A DNA stretch of 63,616 nt, counting the filler, from Octopus bimaculoides (lineage: Eukaryota), in NCBI RefSeq assembly GCF_001194135.2. It is 6 parts of 6 records of this genome, joined end to end, with 100 filler letters (N's around TTAATTAATTAA, not from the genome) between each part and the next. Parts side by side here need not be neighbours in the genome. Positions count along the whole stretch, not along the records: positions 1 to 18,378 come from NC_068985.1; positions 18,479 to 30,106 come from NC_068984.1; 4 more parts are not named here. One strand, given 5' to 3'. Of the stretch, positions 13,000 through 24,900 are shown piece by piece. The position numbers and the translations under genes were made by a program. Numbering within the stretch: the stretch's first letter is position 1; every line of letters begins with the position of its first letter. The notes beneath the pieces are model-generated. The model was not told where the DNA came from and did not search any database. It saw only the letters and a program-made list of their open reading frames with translations.

Positions 13000-14520
13000 G
13001 ATAAACAATACAATACGACAGCATAAAAAGCCACTCATCATAAGCCTGCTTAATTACGGCAAATTAGAGTTTGAACAGCCGTGTTCTAAGTGATGATTGT
13101 TATTTCTTCATAGCGATTCAAACTTGTGCTTGAAAAGAATAAAAAATGTTGACATAAATGTCTTTCTCCGGGACATCGTAATGAATTGTTGCAATAGTTA
13201 TAAAAAGAACAGTAAGCATTTTTTATTTTTTCACTGGATAAGAAAAGTAGTTTCTAAATCACGAACGTGATTGGAAAATAGCAAATTACTTTTAAAAGGA
13301 AAGAAATGTAGTAAGCTTCGTTAGGTAAGTAATATCTTCTTCACATGACTCACCCCAAAGGGATTCATGATATTCATAATATAAATGTGTAGAGTCGTGG
13401 TTCTCAAACATAGATTGCCTATGATCCCTTGTGATTCCTATTCTACTCAACTGGACATCCATAGCCATTCGATGTCTAAAAGAAGGTAGTATTGTAATTT
13501 CATAATTATATACTATTAGGAACTTATAAATAATTATTAGACTCTTTCGTATACTGTATAAGTATAACCAAGTTTCTAGCAAATAAATTTCAACAACGAA
13601 ATCTTTTAAGGACATTCCTCTCAAGGCCATATGGATCCTCGTGGGGAGCCGCTGGCCTATCATATCATCGAACTGCTGTGTCGTTGCAACCCACACCTAA
13701 CCAAACATGTTAAAAAGATTTGAGCTTCACAATGAAAGAATGAAGAGATTCATGTTCATTGTTTTTTTTTTTTCTGAACATCTGAAGCTGAGATATTAAC
13801 TTCACAGATTTCGTCGGATCATATCTTAAATGAAATTCCTTCATTCGTATAGCGACATCTGATCTCAGAAGTTTTGATACTAAGGATCACCATCTTTTTT
13901 TTTTTCTGCTATTCTTACACATTAACTGCATGATAGTATCGTCCAGTTCTTGATGTTATCAAACTAAAATTTGGATTAAATAACGGCTGTCAAATATAAC
14001 TAAATGCAGTTTGAAGTAACATTATATCCTAGTCATGCAGATCAGCAAACTTTTTCGTACACTATTTTGATCAAGTGTTATAAGAAATCGAAATTTCAAG
14101 TACCATTTCCAATTTTCATTTAAAAAGACAAGCGCTGGCTTGAGAAGCATGTTTATGGAGATACGTATTTTTGGATACGCATTACAAATTGTTGTGGTCA
14201 GTGTTCTGATAAGATCGCAGAGATTTCATGTAAGTAAAATGATACAAAGAAGCATATATTTGTTGTCGATCAATATAACATGAAAGCATACGGGATTTCT
14301 TAGAAGCCACACTAGAGATAATGAGGAACTTCAAGACAATGTATGTCTCAAATTTTGGCGAAGGATCATGAATAATAATAACACGCATTGTAAAAACTTT
14401 CAACGAACAAAAGCATATGAAACGAGTGCTGAGGAACACGATGGCGCAGGAGGAGCTGAATAACCTTGATGTCTTTAGTATTGGGAAGGAATTTGCTGCA
14501 AGAATTAATTTCATTGGAAT
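13000..14520 (+). pseudogene. Degenerate hAT-family transposase (ZMYM1-like type)
   Basis: Frameshifted peptides in hAT order: RFKLVLE (HC..HRLNLV-like), SITKFLANKFQQRNL, YRPVLDVI, and C-terminal dimerisation-like C..TFNEQKHMKRVLRNTMAQEELNNLDVFSIGKE (cf. ERSFSKLKLIKNYLRSTMSQERL..L..LSIE). Multiple stops. Confidence 0.6.
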
Positions 14521-15231
14521 AATAAAAGTATTTGTTTTTAAAAACTTCACCTAAAGCAAGTTTCAATTAGTTATGGTAATTCATTACAGGATTCATTAAC
14601 GTAATTCATGGCATTGTATGGAGAAATTTCAATAAATCATCCAAGATAATGAACAGTTATTTACGCTTTTGAATTTCTTGAAATGATATTGTTGATTGTG
14701 AAATACCATTGTCCACCGAAGATTTCGAAAAAGAAATCTTCTCTTCTGCCATAATATAGTGTTATTAAAAATTGATATGCTGACAAAATTGTTAAAACAC
14801 ATAGAAATTTGCAGAGATTTGAACATTTACATCCGAAAAGGTTCATTATAAATAATTCTCCTCGGAACATCCTGTTGCTCTCGGTGACCTTGGTAATGAT
14901 ACAAAACAATCATGAGGAACCATTGAAACGGCACGCCTTCACATAAACGAAATTCCGCGCATGAGAGTTCTGAGAGTCAAAGCGAAAGTTCGTCATTTAC
15001 TTGAAGACAATTTAAAAAAACATTAAAATATTGTGATTAAAGAAAGCTAAAATATAAATACTTACTGTACAAACAACTGACAAGCTAATCTGTGGTATTA
15101 AACAGGATATTTGCTGTAGCTCATCTTTTATACCAAGACAAGACAATGTACATGATAACACTTCCAATCAATTAAGATCAGAAGCCATGAGAGCCACTGC
15201 CTAGTACTGCATCCGGGCACTTATTATTATT

Positions 15232-15236
15232 ATCAC

Positions 15237-15312
<76 letters not shown>

Positions 15313-15399
15313 GTTGTTGTCTTTGCACAGCTTCTAACGCTGGAGATGTACTACCGTGTCAGCTGCTCACCACCAGTGAACCAAGGTAACACCGCTTAC

Positions 15400-15462
<63 letters not shown>
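15232..15462. repeat. Two long (ATT)n microsatellites (about 15235-15312 and 15390-15462)
   Basis: Seen directly. Confidence 0.95.
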
Positions 15463-16036
15463 GTTGGTGTTGTTGCTGTTGTTGTTATAACAATGACGAT
15501 GGAGTATATGATGCCAATGACGACGACGGCGACGATGATAATAATGATAATGATGATGATGATAGCTATACTTATTCTAGTTACGAGTACAGAGGTCGAA
15601 ATTGCCTCCCCGACTCTCCCTGTTTATTTTCTCTGATGTTTATCGTATCAAACTGGGAGAGACGAAAGGCTAAATCGATCTGCAGACGTCATTTAAAACA
15701 AAACTCTAATTGGACGTAACACAATGTCACACGGCATTTCTTGTCACTTGCAAAATATCAATAGCTCCAACTGCACAACTTGTTAGATCATAATGGATTG
15801 AAAAGAAATTGTTCCAGAACGAAGTGAGGAAGGGATATCTTTGTACCGTTTGCTGTTCGTTATTGTTGTGGCTATTGGTGATGTTGATTCCGTTATTGTT
15901 ATTGTTGAATAGCTTTGAATGGAATTTCTGTGATCTGTTACGGAACACAGAATTTACTATGAGACAACGTGTGGGTAAATATGGAAACCCATGTGTTTGC
16001 TAGAAAGTGCACCCAAATGTTTTCTCATGTATTAAA

Positions 16037-16071
<35 letters not shown>

Positions 16072-18378
16072 TCACATACCGACCGTGGGTATCAGCATCA
16101 TCTTCATCATCATTATCATCGTCATTAACGTCAGCAATGTTGTCGTCGTCATCATCATTCTCATGACTATGATAGAAAGGGGAGAATAATTAGAAAGTGT
16201 TAATGTTTTTGTTGTTTGTTCTGGCTCCGTACGTTCAAAGTCTGCCATGGTTAATTTCCTTTCATATTCTCATGGTCGATAAAATAAGTACTAGTTGAGC
16301 ACAGAGGTCGATTTACTCGACTTATACCCCCCCCCCCAAACAAATTGCTGGCCTTGTGTAAAAACATGAAAGCATTATTACTAACGTTTTGTAATCGCAG
16401 TTTTGTTGGAACTCCCGGAGACTCACATGTGTATTGCAAGATTGCTAACTGAAGCCTAAGATACCGTGCTATCTGCTCTTTTCAAATACTTTATACTTTC
16501 CTGGTGATTCGGGCTGTGTCAATGAGGCAAACGTTTTGCATCAACTCGACTGGCCACCATATTCCCATTTCTTTTATATTCTTCTGGATCTTGATGTCTT
16601 CTGATACTGTCCTCAAGGACCGACAACGGCTATTAGTATCATTATTATTAATATCTTCATTTTTATTTTCCTCAGTCGAACCATCACATATAAAAGAGGA
16701 TTGTATATGTCGACTTTTTCGCCTTCCTTCTTGAATATTCGTGGGTCAAAGCGGCACGCAACATCAATTATAGAGCACAAAGCGGCATGGTGTCAGACAA
16801 AATGGTTAGTAGAATTTCGTTCGTCTTAACGCTGTCTTTCGTCTGTCAAAAGACGCTGAAGTAGACTTCGCCTTACATCCTTTCGGAAAAATAAACACTA
16901 GTTGAGCAATGTAATAGATCAGGCCCGAATACCCACCAAATTGCTGACCTTGTGCCAATAACAGAAAGGATTATTATATGAAAACTCACAGGTTACTTTG
17001 CTGGGTATGATGGAAAGTGTCAGCTGTCCACAGCTAAGAGTCTAAGGTGATATATGCATCACTCTTTGTAAAACTGCCAAAATATTTCATATACGCTACA
17101 CAGAATATAAAAATTAAGATTTAAAAGTTCCTACATCAACACCACGGGTTACAAAGGAATGAGGAGTAACTATGCTAATTCTCCTTTAAAATTCAAATGC
17201 AAACCGTAGTGATACCGTTATTGTTGTTGCTATCGCTGTTACGATATGTTGTACTTTACACACGAATGTTTTACATGTCATACATTGACACTCTGTCCCA
17301 CAGGTCAAAGAAACTTCGGTCAATTATTGTTCTGTTGTACTCTACTGCAATAACCCCGTCTCAATTTCAACGACACGTCCTAAAATTGTAAGTACACATT
17401 GACTCTTTCTACCATTCGAAACTTCATGTATGAACAACAAAGCAGTAACACTAGATAGAACATTTACAGACGGATCAAGTTTGATTGTAGTCTAGTATTC
17501 GGTTAGAAAAAACTGAGCGTCAAACAGCGGAAATAATGGAAATAATCGGTGTTTGAGTGGGTGACTTAGATACTCCAGATCTTAGGAAAGTTAATAATCA
17601 CAAAGGACAGGAGTCGCGAGACAAATCCGATTTGCAGTCACATGAAAAATAGTTCTAGAAAAGTTTCATCCGGTCAAATCAACCGTAGCACCTTGGTAAG
17701 CAATGAAGTTGACAAATCATACTTAAGGCCGAATTTCCTTAACTCACACAACTGAATTGTAAGCACTGGCGATTGCATCCACTGCTAACAATAATTTCTA
17801 TGAATTTCTATCACAAACAACCAAGTACTTGATAGTGAACATTCAGACCAATCAGTGGCACAGCTCTATATTTCTGCCAATTTAATTTTCATCATTGAGT
17901 CAGTGACCACATGTAGTTCACATATAGCAAAAAAACGCCGAATAACAAAGTAAGGCAATACTAAATAATATTGAAAAAAAAAAAATTAAAACAGAAATTG
18001 AGGGTATATATATATTTCCCTTCATAAATATTGATATATGTGTGTGTATATATGTACAAATCTCTCTCTTTCTGCATGTGTGTGTGAATGTGTGTATATG
18101 CACATTGTGTGTGTGTATGCAGGCGTAAATGTTTATATCTTTCTATTTGTGCTTGTGTCACCTCATGACAAACAGAGTTAGTACGTTTATGCCTGCGTAA
18201 CTTAGTGATTCAGCGAAAAAAGACCGATAAAATACATACTATATTAAAACATTAAGTCCTGAAATTGATTAAGTCGGCCAAATTCACCAGACTGGTGCAT
18301 AAGCATGAGCGCAGTTCAATGAATTTAACAAGTAGAAGATAAAAGATGTGTTGATATATATATATATATATATATATA

Positions 18379-18478
18379 NNNNNNNNNNNNNNNNNNNNNN
18401 NNNNNNNNNNNNNNNNNNNNNNTTAATTAATTAANNNNNNNNNNNNNNNNNNNNNNNNNNNNNNNNNNNNNNNNNNNN
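18379..18478. other. Scaffolding linker 44N-TTAATTAATTAA-44N
   Basis: Exactly 100 bp. The 12-mer gives stops in all six frames. Confidence 0.95.
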
Positions 18479-21400
18479 TATATATGCATCTAATTATAAA
18501 TAAAATATACTTGCATACATATATATATATATGTATATATATACATACTAGGTTTGTTAAGTAATGGTATGTCACCTGTTTTTGATTGTCTTTAAACCAT
18601 GTAATTTCACCTAATTTATCCTACTGTTGTTATCCTACTGTTGTTAAACCTTTAGTCTATTGCTAGTTATATCTGTTTGACTTGAGTATTAATGTTTAAA
18701 AGGGAGTTCATAGATTGTTGGTTATTTGGATTGTTGCAATGAGTGAAAAGTTCAATATTTGGGCTCTTGTCTATCATCAGAGAATAGAAAATATCTCACA
18801 GCTTGGCCTACCTGCAACAACTTTTTGTTATTCTACTCCCTATTAAAGAGTGACCAAATCTTTAGACTTTATACTCATTGCAACAATCAAACTTATCGAC
18901 ATTCTTTGAGTAATTGTTACCAACACAATCCTTCACCAATTTCCTTGGTTTCCAGAGTTTATTTTAGTTTTAGTTTTGGGTAGTCATCCATAGTCTACAG
19001 AATAATGAGTTCCACTTGGCTGTTTTGCTTATACTTATTTCTTTAAATCAAACTCTTCAATAAGGCCTCCAGTTGCCAATAGTAGTGTTTGGGAGATTTC
19101 AAAGTTATGTATCATAATTTTTGGAGAAACCTTAGTGCCTCTTTCAGATCAATTTTTAATTATTTTGATACATTTCATTAGTGTGGTACAGAATTTGTTT
19201 CATGTTTAAATTCAATGTATTGAAATGAAAATGCTATTTAGTTTAGCTATTAGAGTTTAATGATTTAATAATTCTGAGGATTTTAATTTACCTTATAAAT
19301 GTTCAGAATAAAAGTTTTACTTTGGAAACCATTTTGTATAAAGATTAGTTTAGATTGTATTTATTGAATTCCCTGGTGTTATAAGTTAAATGGATAGTTT
19401 TGCTGATTTTTTCCAACTTTTCTTTAAGTTGCATTTCATATTCACAAATATATATTGTTAGTGTTGTGTCTCAAGTCAGCTCTAATTGAGCTGAATTATT
19501 ATCATATACTATCTTTTTGTATATCTAGAAGTACATTTAGTGAATGTGTCCTTCCTAAATTTGGTCTGTCAGGTGTGATTTGAGAAAGATTTAGCTACTA
19601 TTTCTAGCAGATTGGACAACTTCATACATGTTTCTTTGTGTGCTCACTATGTAATATTTAAAATTCTAAATGATTCTTCAGAGTATTACTTTCATTTTTT
19701 TCTTTTGTTTATCTGCCATATATTTTTGTCTTGATATTCTGGCTATAAATACAAAACGTATGTTTCCCTGAACAAGATCAAAATTTACTGAAGTTTAAAG
19801 TTTCTGAATTAGTAAATCTTAGATAATGTCAAGGATACTTTACTTCTATTTAATAGGTTTTATAATATGATACCTTTATACAACTATAAAACAAATTAAA
19901 CTATAGCTAAGAAGACATCATAAATGTCAGAAGGCAGTTTTAATATCATAGTAAACTACTAGGATTTAAACCAAATGCTTTTATGTTTTGTGAGAAAATT
20001 AAATGTATTTTAACTTATGATTCTGGACAGTAATTATGATGAACTTGTTAAAATATATAGATATGTCAACAAGTAAGACCTGCTAAGACTTTTGAAATTA
20101 TTATGAAATTTTCACATTGTTTATGTGGTAATATATAGATATTGCTACACAATTTTAATTTAACATCCACGGCTAAAGAAGAAATTGTTCATAATTTAAG
20201 CCTATTGTTGTATTATTTGAATAGCAAATACTTAATGATTTTGAAAATGAGGAAAAATTATTGGTTTTGATTTAAAGATGACATAATTCCTTGAATTTTG
20301 TGATTGGAATGGCAAATTGATTGAAAATTTCCTTGATACTGATTTCTTTCTGACTGGAAAGAGGAATATGAAAAGAATAAGATTCAACAACATTGAATTG
20401 ATTTTAAAAAAGCCCATTATGGTCCAGCTGGATAATGGATAGGACTATGTAATGTGCATTGCTCAAGATTTTAATTTTCATTAGCAAACCAGGTGTGTGT
20501 TTGGCTTATATTTTAATTAATTCCATTAATTTTGCTCTCTTACAGTTAGTATTTGCTCCAACTTTTCCTTTTATACTTGAATAGTTGGCCTTTAAAGAAG
20601 ATACGCTACACTAAAAGTTCTTGCTCCTGTAATTCATGCGAGATATCTAATCACCTTTCAACATGTAAGGAGATGGTGTTGGGGTTGAAGAACTGAAATA
20701 TCATAAATATTCCTAAAACTTTTAGTTAAATCTTCTTTTATAGGTTGTTATTTTTATAATTGATGTGATTCATTCTTGATTACATGTTGCTTATAAGGTC
20801 ATCAGGCTATCTCCATCATATTTGATGATACTTGCCTGTCAATAAAGAATACAATCAAGCAAAACATTAAAAAAAAAAAACTACAACAAAAAGTAAAGAA
20901 TTAGTTATTTTTGAATTCACTTAAATCTATTATTCTAGAAGAGATTGGCTGAAATTGCAAATGTTTGTGTCAATCAATAAATATTCCATTAAAAATTCAT
21001 TCATAATGAATTTTCTAATCTTTATTTCAAATACTTTTAACATAATTACTGAGATTTCTAATACAGTGAATATCAAGATTAAATTTGTTATATAAAAATG
21101 TTGTCACATATGGTTACATTCTGAGCTTTTAAATGTTTATTATCCGCTTTGATATAAACTTTTTTTAGAGGTGTTATATTCTTATTATAGAGATGTATTC
21201 TTGAAGATCTTGCCATAATTTGAAATTACATAACATAAAACATATTTCTTCAGTGGTTTCCATATAATGTGAAAGTCGGTGGAAAATAGGCTCCACATTA
21301 TGAAATTTCATATCACAGCAAGATTTCCTGGAATGCAACATTACCTTATCGTAGGGGATGCTTGTTTTTTTTTCACAATAAACATAGTTGGTTAAAGGTA

Positions 21401-21926
21401 AAATGTGATGCTATTTGTTCAAATTTTCATTTATTATGAGAGTTAGATGTGTATAAATAAATCTTTGTTGTCAGTTATACAAACCATATACATTCAGTAA
21501 CAGTTCTTTGTAGTGTATTTCCTTGCTATTATTGTTGAGAGAACACAATATTCAAAGTGTTATTTATCTTCAGGTTTTTATTTCAAGATATTCTGTATGT
21601 TTATCCTTTTTTATTGTATCAAGACTAGTTGTTGTAATATATTTATACTTTACGCTTTTCATATACTGCTATTGTTTCAAGTGATATAACTTTTCATTTG
21701 TCAGAGACAAATAGGTTTTCAGTGATATTTTTAGTAACAGAATAGATTAGGTAAATGTTTTAAAGCAGTTGATGATTTGTGTTTTGGAAAGTTTTATCTG
21801 AAAATGTATTAGCAAAGTGGGGAAAAATATCTCAAAGAATTTTTTTAACATTTTGAACCTATTGTTGTTTTTGTTGTTTAAATTGGTAGGTTTTATGTTT
21901 TTTATTCTACCTTGTGGTTGCAAGAA

Positions 21927-21946
21927 TAAATGCCATCCTCTTTCAG
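21927..21946 (+). promoter_or_regulatory. Probable splice acceptor of the giant exon
   Basis: Pyrimidine-rich tract ending tttcAG exactly where the translation changes from intron-like to the acidic protein. Confidence 0.7.
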
Positions 21947-24900
21947 ATACACATGGAGATGGTATGTATGGTGCAGATGAAGGAGTGGTTTTGACTTCTC
22001 CTCCCTCAACATGTGATCGTGATGAGAGCTATGCAAAAGGGATTCCGCCGTACGGCTTGCTGACACATTCATCACAAGATGGGTTTTCTTCTTCCGATAA
22101 AACAGGTGATGTCACTTCTCCTGCTGATGCTTGTTATGAGTTTCATACTGCTACACCTGACATTACTTCCCCTCCATCACCTGATTCTCATGGTGATATA
22201 AGTATTTTATCAGCTCAAGGGCAACAAGTTCAATCTTCGTCCCTCCACGAAAGTGTTAGCCCGCATGTAATTGAAAAGGATGTAAAACCTCATACGATAA
22301 CTTTATGTAGTACTTCGGCTAATCCCAAACCCCAAATTACAGGAATGGAGTTGAATATTGAAAAAACTGAATTTCCTTCATTGCAGGGTTTAGAAAGTTG
22401 TGATAATGGTACCAAGTCTTTCAATAAATCTCAGTGCCTGCCTTCTGAAACAAATGTCAAAAGTATGGATGTAGTAGACAGTTCTAAACCTTCATTAGAA
22501 CATGTTTCCGAGCTTGAAGTTGATGTCAGCAAAGCACCCCAGTCTGATGGAGCATCTGCTGCTAGCAGCAAATCTGAAGGGAGCAAAGAAACTTTGACAT
22601 TAATTTCATCAGAATCTTGTCAAATATCTATTACCAAAACTGAAGAAGAAAGTGATTCCGAATCTGAAGAAAATTCTGTTATAGAGAGAGATCCTTCACT
22701 GCTGGACTCTGATTCAACAGGTTACGGAGACCAGAAGTCTGACACTGATAGCTCGTATGTTGAAGAAGAAGAAGTGTCAATTTCTGATTCAGATGAATCA
22801 ATTCCTTTTGGAAACTCTGATAATAAAGAAACAGAAAAGAAAAAATCTCTTGATGAAGAATTAATTTCGAAACAAACTGCTGCTGAAACTTCATATATTG
22901 AAAGTCAAGAAAGGATGCCTACATTTTATACTGATGCTTTGGATTCTCGACAAAATCATGAAGCATCCAGTACAAGTGCAGACAGCAAGAAAGAGTGCCA
23001 AAAAAGTGAAGTTATTGCAAAATCTAAGGTTGGTTCACTATCGAGTAGTGACTCAACTTCAGATTCAGCAGCAAGTATCATAGAAACTGTACCTCAGAAA
23101 TTGAAATCTGAACTGTCATCAGTGTCTCAAAAATCTACGTCAAATGTAGTAGAAACTTTAAGTGCAGTGAAGTTGTTATCGTCAGTTGAGGAAGATGATC
23201 CAAATTTTCAGGAAGGCCCTCAAACTGTTGAAGACAGTTCTTCAGATAGGGATGAATATATGTATACATCCGATATTGAAGCTAAAGTCATCCAAGAAAA
23301 AATTGAATCTCTCATTTCAGAAGTAGCTGAAGAAATGAGAAAAGGTCAATGCTCATTTGATGAAACAATAAAGGAATATCATACAGAAACTCTTAAGGCA
23401 TTAGAAGCTGTTGAGGGTGATAATCATTCCTCGGGAGATATGCCTGATGAGAGTTTGGAACAGTACTATTCTTTAGATGAAACTCACAGTGTTGACAGTA
23501 ATGAGACACTTGAATTTGCTGAAGAAAGTGCTGAAATGAAAGATACAGAAATGGTTGTGACAGCAGACATGACAGCATCTGATGATATGCTGAAAAAGGT
23601 TGTGGATGACTCTAAAAAGAGCTTTGAAGAAGAAAGTTTGAAAAAAGGTGTCCCTAAGATGGATATTGGTAGCTTGTCTGAGTTGGAAGTAATTCCTTCT
23701 AAAGTTGAAATGTCTATTTTGGAAGATAAAGTGGTTTCAATGGAAGGAAATCCAACAGAGACACAAGAGGCCCACAGAAAAAGTATGGAAACATGTCCAG
23801 CTGACAAAGCTCATATACAAGATGTAAGTGTGAAAGACCAAAGCAAGGAGGCATCAGAAACAAGCAAGGAAGTTCAATCATCAGTTGAATGTTTGAGGGA
23901 AATGAAAACCAAACCAAAGGAGAGTGATACCCATTTGGAAGAAGACTCACAAAATACTACTGGTATATCTTCTGGTACTTATCTTGGGAAAAGATTAAGC
24001 CTTGTAGAGTTTATGGCAGAAAGTCCACGGGAAATGATGGAAATAGCTAGAAGAGGAAGCATCATTGACACAAAGTCAGTTTTTTCTGAGGTTACACAAG
24101 TGAAGCCAATAGAATCATCTCCCATAGTAGTTAAAGAGCAGACAGCAATTTCAGAGCCTGCACCCACATTAATAAAAAAGGATGTAAAATGTACAGAAAC
24201 TGTACCTCCTCTAGCAAAAGAGGAAATATTCATTGAAAAGACTGCACCTTCTGAGGTTGAAGAAATAAAAGCAGTAGAGATTGCAGAAATTGTGGTTAAA
24301 AGTGTACAACCTACAGAATCAGTTTCTCTTTTTGAAGAATTAGAACAACCTGAAACAACTGCATTTCCTCTAATTAAAGAAGAAAAAGCTATTAAAATGA
24401 TCCCATGTACTCCACCGGAATCCATTATACATGAAGTAAAACTAAGAGAGACTGAACCTTCTGTAATTAAAGAAGAAAAAGCTATTAAAACGATCCCATG
24501 TACTCCGCCTGAACCCATTAAACAAGAAGTAAAGCCAGTAGAAACTGCACCTGCAATGATCAAACAAGAGATAAAACAAGATGTTGAGGCTGCACCTTTA
24601 GTTAAAAAAGAAGAAACTCCAGCAGAAACTATGCCCACAGTGATAAAAGAAGAGGTAAAACCAGCAGATACTGCACCAACAGTGATAAAAGAAGAAGTAA
24701 AACAAGTTGAAACAACTCCTACAATGGTTAAAGAGGAGGTAAAACAAGCGGAGACTGCACCTACAGTTGTTAAAGAGGAGGTAAAACCAGCTGAGACTGT
24801 ACTTACAGAGGTTAAAGAGGAGATAAACCATTTAAAAGAAACAACTTTCGACTCACAAGATATTGCCAGTGTCCCTTCTGATACTTTTCTGGAAAAAAGA

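Noticed and set aside
14182-14909. Protein-like minus-strand ORFs (122, 66, 65, 82 aa)
   Set aside because: The + strand of the 14180-14520 part matches hAT transposase motifs. The minus-strand peptides are unrecognised and fragmentary.
15346-15636. Poly-Ile/poly-Met hydrophobic ORF (also poly-Ala/Val at 38668-38904)
   Set aside because: Trinucleotide microsatellite translations.
18423-18434. Recurrent palindrome TTAATTAATTAA (five copies) as a biological motif
   Set aside because: Always centred in exactly 44+44 Ns, so it is an artificial scaffolding linker.
21817-21946. N-terminal 43 codons of the 2592-aa ORF as a start/signal-like peptide
   Set aside because: Non-ATG start and T-rich intron-like sequence ending in a good acceptor. 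More likely intron read-through.
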